Source of the DNA: the human T2T-CHM13v2.0 reference genome, Homo sapiens
DNA: 64,000 bases
Assembly (NCBI RefSeq): GCF_009914755.1
Contig: NC_060926.1
Direction: 5' to 3' (one strand)
A model generated the notes under the pieces. The model searched no databases. It saw nothing but the letters and a program-made list of their open reading frames with translations, and was not told the origin of the DNA. The translations under genes were made by a program, and so were the position numbers. Of this stretch, positions 58,000 to 64,000 are shown one piece after another (within the stretch, counting starts at the first letter, position 1; each line of letters starts with the position of its first letter).

Positions 58000-58567
58000 A
58001 GGCACACCCTAAGGTGATCCCCAGTGCACTGAAGCCTTAGATCATCTACTGCCCTTGAGTTCGCACAAAGCCTGACTTGCTTCTTAGCTAATAAGATATG
58101 GCCAAAATGAAGGGATTTTGCAAGTATAATTAAGATCCCAAATCAGGTGGTTTTGAGTTAATCAAATGATAGTCTATCTTGGGAAGTCCTAACCTAATTA
58201 GATGGAACTCCTTAAATAGGCTTCTCTTTAGGTTAGAAGAGACAAAGAGTGTCTTCTGCTAGCTCTTCTAGCTCTCTCTCCTGCTAGCTTTGAAGAAGCA
58301 GACTGCTATGGGTTTTATAGCTGCAAGGAAATAAAGTCTGCCAGCAACTCAAGGGAGCTTGCAAACAGATCCTTCCCCACTCTAGCCTCTGATGAAAACA
58401 CAGCCCAGTTGATGTGTTAACTGCAGCCCTGTGAGACCCTGTGCAGAGAACCCAGCCAAGACACACCCAGATTCCTGGCCCAGAGAAATGGTGAGATAAT
58501 AAACACACATTGTTTTAAGCCATTAAATTTGTGGTAATTTGTTACACAGCCTAGAAAACTCATACAC
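58000..58567 (+). mobile_element. MLT1E-like MaLR LTR
   Basis: aagggattttgcaagtataattaag...ttgagttaatcaaa...tttgtggtaatttgttacacagcctagaaaactcataca. Confidence 0.75.
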
Positions 58568-59602
58568 CTGTTGTATGAAATCTGCTGTCATTTATGTAAG
58601 AAAGGGAGAAAAAGGGCAAGACTTTTCAGATATGACTTTTTGTATTATTTAGATGTTTAAACCACGTAAACATATTACCTATTCAAAAATTAAATTGAAA
58701 AATTTAATCTACTTTCCCATTTGGTAATAAAAGATCATTTTCCAGATTTGTACCTTTCATATTTCAATTATTATTTATTTTCACAGTACCCTTTACCGTG
58801 ATTCTTTTACATGCTTCTTTTTCCTTCAGAACATCCTTCATTTTATCTCAAACCTCTATGTTCAAAAGGAACTTCTTTGTTTTTTTAAACTTGAGTTTAC
58901 TTTGCTCAGTGTTGTTCTCCTGGCACCCAACAGAGGGACTGGCATGAGAGGTGCCCCCAATAAATACTAACAGAATGAATGAATCACAGTGACCCTCATC
59001 TTGGTGTTTGCACATGCCAAACCCACTTGAACAACTCCTGCGCCTACAACCCTCAACCCCTGCAGTTCAGATTTCATCCTCCACTTGGAAAGAAAACTTC
59101 TCTACAGAACAAGCTGTCTTGCCGCCTCCTTACCTCCCACCTGCCATCAAGAGATGTTGATGAAACATTATTTCTTGAGGCCTTTTAAACATCTTTTGGG
59201 AATATGTTATGCAGAGAAGACATAGTGATGGCAACAGCAAAACACAGGCATCTGTTCTTCTCTGGCTCATTTTCTGAAAACAACTTTCCATTTTCCTAAC
59301 ATGCCCTCTGCCAGCTGACCTATCCTGTTGTGGCCACGGCTTGCAGGGACAGAGTGAGGATATTATGTCCCAGTCTCCCTGCCCCCTTCCCCTACTCCAG
59401 GCCCAGCCCTGCCAGTCAAGGCAGCCACCCTGCCCTGATCAATTCCCATTTTAGGAGGCACAAAGAATCTGCCATCAAGCTATCCACCAGGCTCACCATT
59501 TGCCTGGGCTGACATCCTGCAAGTGGACCCTCTGCTTTGCTCTGAAGACAGGAGCCCCAAGGCACACTTGTCTCCCCATAATTAAGAACCTATATATATA
59601 TT

Positions 59603-60622
59603 TTCTTTTATTCTCTTCCGTGGACTAGAGTCCAGCTTCCCTTCAGCCCATGATGGTTTCTGGAGCCAAAGAGAAGGTGGTAGGAGTGGAGGGGAGAGAT
59701 AACAAAAGCAAACAGCAAGCTGAGTGAAACCGTCCAGAACCCAGAACCATGTCCCTGAGTGTGGATGAGAGTCTGGGGGAATGGGACAGTCTGCCCTTGG
59801 GATTTCCCTGAACTCTGAAAAGGAGTTCTCCTGGCCTAAACCAGAAGTGACATGATCTCAGGTGTGGGGGTGGGCCTTGTGCATGCACACACATGCACAC
59901 ACACATGCACACACAGGTATACACACAGATACAGTCTTTGTCCTCAGTGAGGTGCCCTATGGTGCTAATCTGAGGTTACTTGACCTGTCCTATCACTAGC
60001 AGGTGCATTGGAACCCCACACAGCCTGGGAGCAATCATCACTTCCTGAGAACACTCCCACAGCCTATTACCAAGTTCTGGGGCTCTGTTGCCAACTCCTA
60101 GGTCAAATTTCCTCTCATTCTGTGCTCATCCACCTGGTAGACAATAGCTGCCCAGCTCCCAGGCACCCTGTACTCTTCTCTTGGCCAATCTGAGCACCAC
60201 CTATGTTCACAAGCCCACCAAGAGAACCAAGAGAACACAAAACACAGTCACTGGTTAGAGTTGGAGAGAGGGGAAATATCAGTCACAAAAACGTACAAGA
60301 TTTTCCCAAGTGGCCATAAAAAATTTCCAATGGAATCTAAAGTACTAATAATGAAGAGAAAAATCTCACAATATAGTGTTTTTTGTTTTTAAAGCAGGTT
60401 ATAAAACAGTATTGACTATAGTCCCACTTCTGTTTATCCACTATTATTCTATGTTTCCTAACTCTACACACACCTAAACTTTCTTCCTTTATTCTCTTCC
60501 AGCCGTGCTGGTCTCTGGAGCCAAAAGGAGGGTGGTAGGAGTGGACGGGAGAGATAAGGAAAGGCAAAAGGCAGGCTGAGCAAAACTACCCAGATCCCAG
60601 AACGGTGTCCCTGAGTGTGGAC
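59603..60622 (+). repeat. Diverged direct repeat pair (cores 59644-59765 and 60500-60621)
   Basis: Shared tctggagccaaa, ggtggtaggagtgga, gggagagataa, cccagaac, tgtccctgagtgtgga blocks; roughly 80% by eye. Confidence 0.9.
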
Positions 60623-62008
60623 AAAGGTCTCAAGGAACATATTCTCTGCATTTCTACTCAAACTTTAAACTAAACAGGTCTTACATTCAGGTGGGGACCT
60701 CCCTCCAGAAGTTACTCCTACATCAGAAAAGATGACCCCCTTCTTCCTGATGCTCAGAGCCATCAATACTCCTTTGTCTCTCACCTAGCACCCAATTCAT
60801 CTGGAAATCCTATTGGCACCACCTTAAATATGTAAACAGAACCTGATCAAGAGCCCCCATGGTCACCCACCTAATTAGGGGGGTGGTGTTGCAGGGCTCC
60901 TGCTGTCTCATACAGTGGCCAGAGTTAAGCTTTTCAAACACAAATGGTGTTTGTCCCATCTATCCCCCACCTTCTATCACCTCCCTGAGAATGGCATCCT
61001 GCTCTCCTCTGACTGTATCTCTCTGCCCTTGCTATGTAGAATGTGCATCCACCCCAGGGCCTCTCTGCTTGCTCTTTTCTTGGCCAAGAAACACCTCTCC
61101 CAACATGCCCTCTGGCTACAGGTCCTCACTTTTCTGGGGCCCCTGCAAGAGAGGGCTTTCTTAAGGCTGGAGGTGAAACAGCATGCCCCAACATCACTAG
61201 CCCCTTCCCTTGCCCTGCACAGCCCTAGACCACGCATCCTCTTAGATATTCATTTGTTTGCTTTTGGTCACCCCCACCCCTCTGTAGAATGGGTACTCTA
61301 TAAGAGCAGGGATTTTCATCTGTTTTGCACAATGTTGCATCCTCAGTGGACAGAACAGTGGCTGGCACATTAAAGAGCATTTTCTGAATATTCGTTGAAT
61401 GAATGAACAGGGAACATACTAATTAAATATACACCTATAGGAAGCAGGATGTGGGCACTATTTTGAGGGGTAGGGGGCCAAGACCACTTGGCTTCTTTGG
61501 TCTGTTTTTCTGTTTCTATTTCTAAAAGCCTCCCATGGCTGCTGGGAAGTGGGAAGGGAACAGAGATTTCTCTAGGAAGGAATGGTGTCTGATTCTGCTC
61601 CATCCCTAACTCCTTTCCCCTTAGCCAGGTAACTGCCATTCCCCTTCCTTGAAGACCTTACATGGGAGAGCCTCTGAACTGAACACAGCTGGGAACAATG
61701 GCGGAAACTGCCCTAAAAGCTACAGAAGAAAGCAACATGAGAACCCCTTCACATTTCACCCATTTGATACTCACTCAGTGTGCAGGGGCCCACCATGGAA
61801 AGGAGGAGTACCCTCTGGGGTATGTCCCAGACCAAGGGAAGAGACTTGTAGAGGTGGGTATTTGGTGGAATCTCCTGCAGAGTGGCTGAGTCCTGCCTGC
61901 CAGTGAGCCCCCTCTGAGCACACAATACTACCAATCAATGTCTTGGTGACTTCTTAAAATAGAACGGCAAACCAAGAAAAGCCTTGAGCCTGAAAGACTA
62001 AAACTAAC

Positions 62009-63787
62009 TGTAAACCAAAAATAAAATTCTAAGCCCCCCAATTGACTGAATGGACCCCCTCAGCCAAGGGGATTCCAAAGAAACCTGAAAAAAAAGTTCA
62101 GACCATGACAAGGAGTAGGGTTAGACGTACCTCATTATACCCTCCTCCCTTTGCAGTTCAGGCACAGCTGACAAGCATTAACTTTGAAACAGAGATCTTA
62201 AGACTAACAAAGCAGATTATTTGTAGCAATAAGATACACAATTCCAACCTGGCTCCAGCATAGGATCACATGACAGATAGCAGGTCCTGAAAAAATTCAA
62301 AGTATTTTACCATAAAATATGCTTATTTGGCATATTTTGGAAAGTGGTCTCTTGTGGGGGAAATTTGCATTCTGTAGAGAATCTCCTTCCCTTGTTTTTT
62401 TCTAGAGAGTCTGGTACCTTTTAAAGTTCTGAATAGGAAACATTTGCCTTCTGAGTAGGAAAACATTTGCCATCTATTGCCTCAAAGAGTGGTCACCTAT
62501 GAGACTTCATCTACATAGTAAGAATCTTGATTTCCACAACCCCTTATCTTTACTCAGACACCACTTTCTATTGATTCCAGGTCTTTAGCTAATAGCTTAA
62601 GAAGTGATATCTTTTATTAAATAGGGAATTCTTTCCCCATTGCTTGTTTTTGTCAGGTTTGTCAAAGATCAGAGGTTGTAGATGTGTGATGTTATTTCTG
62701 AGGCCTCTGTTCTGTTCTATTGGTCTATATATCTCTTTTGGTACCAGTACTATGCTGTTTTGGTTACTGTAACCTTGTAGTATAATTTGAAGTTAGGTAG
62801 CATCATGCCTCCAGCTTTGTTCTTTTTGCTTAGGATTGTCTTGACCATATGGGCTCTTTTTTGGTTCCATCTGAAATTTAAAGTAGTTTTTCCTATTCTG
62901 TGAAGAAAGTCAATGGTAGCTTGATGGAAATAGCATTTTCATGATATTGAATCTTCCTATCATGAGCATGAAATGTTTTTCCATTTGCTTGTGTCCTCTA
63001 GTTCAACCATTGTGGAAGACAGTGTGGCAATTCCTCAAGGATCTAAAACTAGATATACCATTTGACCCAGCAATCCCATTACTGGGTATATACCCAAAGG
63101 ATTATAAATCATTAAACTATAAAGATATATGCACATGTATATTTATTGCAGCACTATTCACAATAGCAAAGACTTGGAACCAACCCAAATGCCCATCAAG
63201 GATAGACTGGATAAAGAAAATGTGGCACATATACACCATGGAATGCTATGCAGCCATAAAAAAGAATGAGTTCATGTCCTTTGCGGGGACATGGATGAAG
63301 CTGGAAACCATCATTCTTAGCAAACTAACACAGGAACAGAAATCCAAACACCGCATGTTCTCACTCATAAGTGGGAGTTGAACAATGAGAACATATTGGC
63401 CAGGGAGGGGAACATCACACACTGGGGTCTGTCAGGGAGTGGCGGCAAGGGGAGGGATAGCATCAGGAGAAATACCTAATGTAGATGACAGGTTGATGGG
63501 TGCAGCAAACCACCATGACACATGTATACCTATGTAACAAACCTGCACGTTCTGCACATGTATCACAGAACTTGAGTATAATAAAAATACATAAAAAAAT
63601 AAAAATTAAAAAAAAAGATTTGATATCTCATCTCTCCCTAAAACACATAAAACCAAGCTGTAACCCAACCACCTTGGGCACATGTTCTCAGGACCTCTGA
63701 AAGCTGTGTCATGGGCCATGGCCCTCATATTTAGCTGAGAATAAATCTCTTCAAATATTTTATAGAATTTCATAGTTTTCATCGACA
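62009..63787 (+). mobile_element. MER4-family ERV1 solo LTR interrupted by an L1
   Basis: tgtaaaccaaaaataaaattctaagcccc start, ...gaataaatctcttcaaatatttta...tcgaca end; perfect 4-bp TSD TAAC. Confidence 0.88.
62613..63614 (+). mobile_element. 5'-truncated, 5'-inverted L1PA (L1PA7-like): antisense part 62613-62997, sense part 62998-63614
   Basis: Sense part encodes the ORF2p C-terminus (LVQPLWKTVW...SLISGS*) plus 3'UTR and A tail; antisense ORF2 piece upstream; imperfect TSD aagaagtgatatct/aagatttgatatct. Confidence 0.9.
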
Positions 63788-64000
63788 TAACCCAAAAGAA
63801 AAGAAGACTTGGAAGAAATATAAATAATAGAAAGAATAGAATGGAATACATGAACACATGTTATACATCAGAGAAACAAAGAATATACTGTATCTATAAT
63901 ATTAGAATGATACTAAAAAAACAAAACAAAAGAAATGGGAATATTCAGAGAATAAAGAAGAGCTCTTTGAAACATTAAGAAAATGGTAGCAGAATTTTTT

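Noticed and set aside
62941-63381. 146-aa ORF with clear protein homology
   Set aside because: Chimera of ~19 antisense-derived codons and the L1 ORF2p C-terminus across the inversion junction; not a host gene

Overview
Primate (human-like) euchromatic DNA, dense in interspersed repeats. It holds about 20 Alus (J/S/Y-type), old L1M and L2 fragments, a twin-primed L1PA-type insertion, a full-length THE1 MaLR provirus with a 5-bp TSD, many ERV1/MaLR solo LTRs (MER4, MER41A, LTR8, MER34/39-like, MLT1, MST, THE1) and hAT/Tc1-mariner fossils (MER1A, MER82, MER47A, MADE1, MER33, Charlie1, MER53, MER58A). I see no conventional protein-coding gene, CpG island, tRNA/rRNA or CRISPR array; the ORF-track entries are repeat-derived or chance ORFs. 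The most interesting signal is three + strand AG...GT exon candidates (18696-18795, 40682-40811, 46181-46313), two of them made from L1 fossils. If spliced together they give an uninterrupted 70-aa basic small ORF, so the window may be the intron-rich interior of a lncRNA/microprotein locus. Several local rearrangement scars are also visible: a templated 107-bp copy, a ~195-bp fold-back inverted duplication, a palindromic insert and a trimeric Alu. Repeat subfamily names come from recalled consensus sequences and need RepeatMasker/Dfam confirmation; the genomic locus was not identified.
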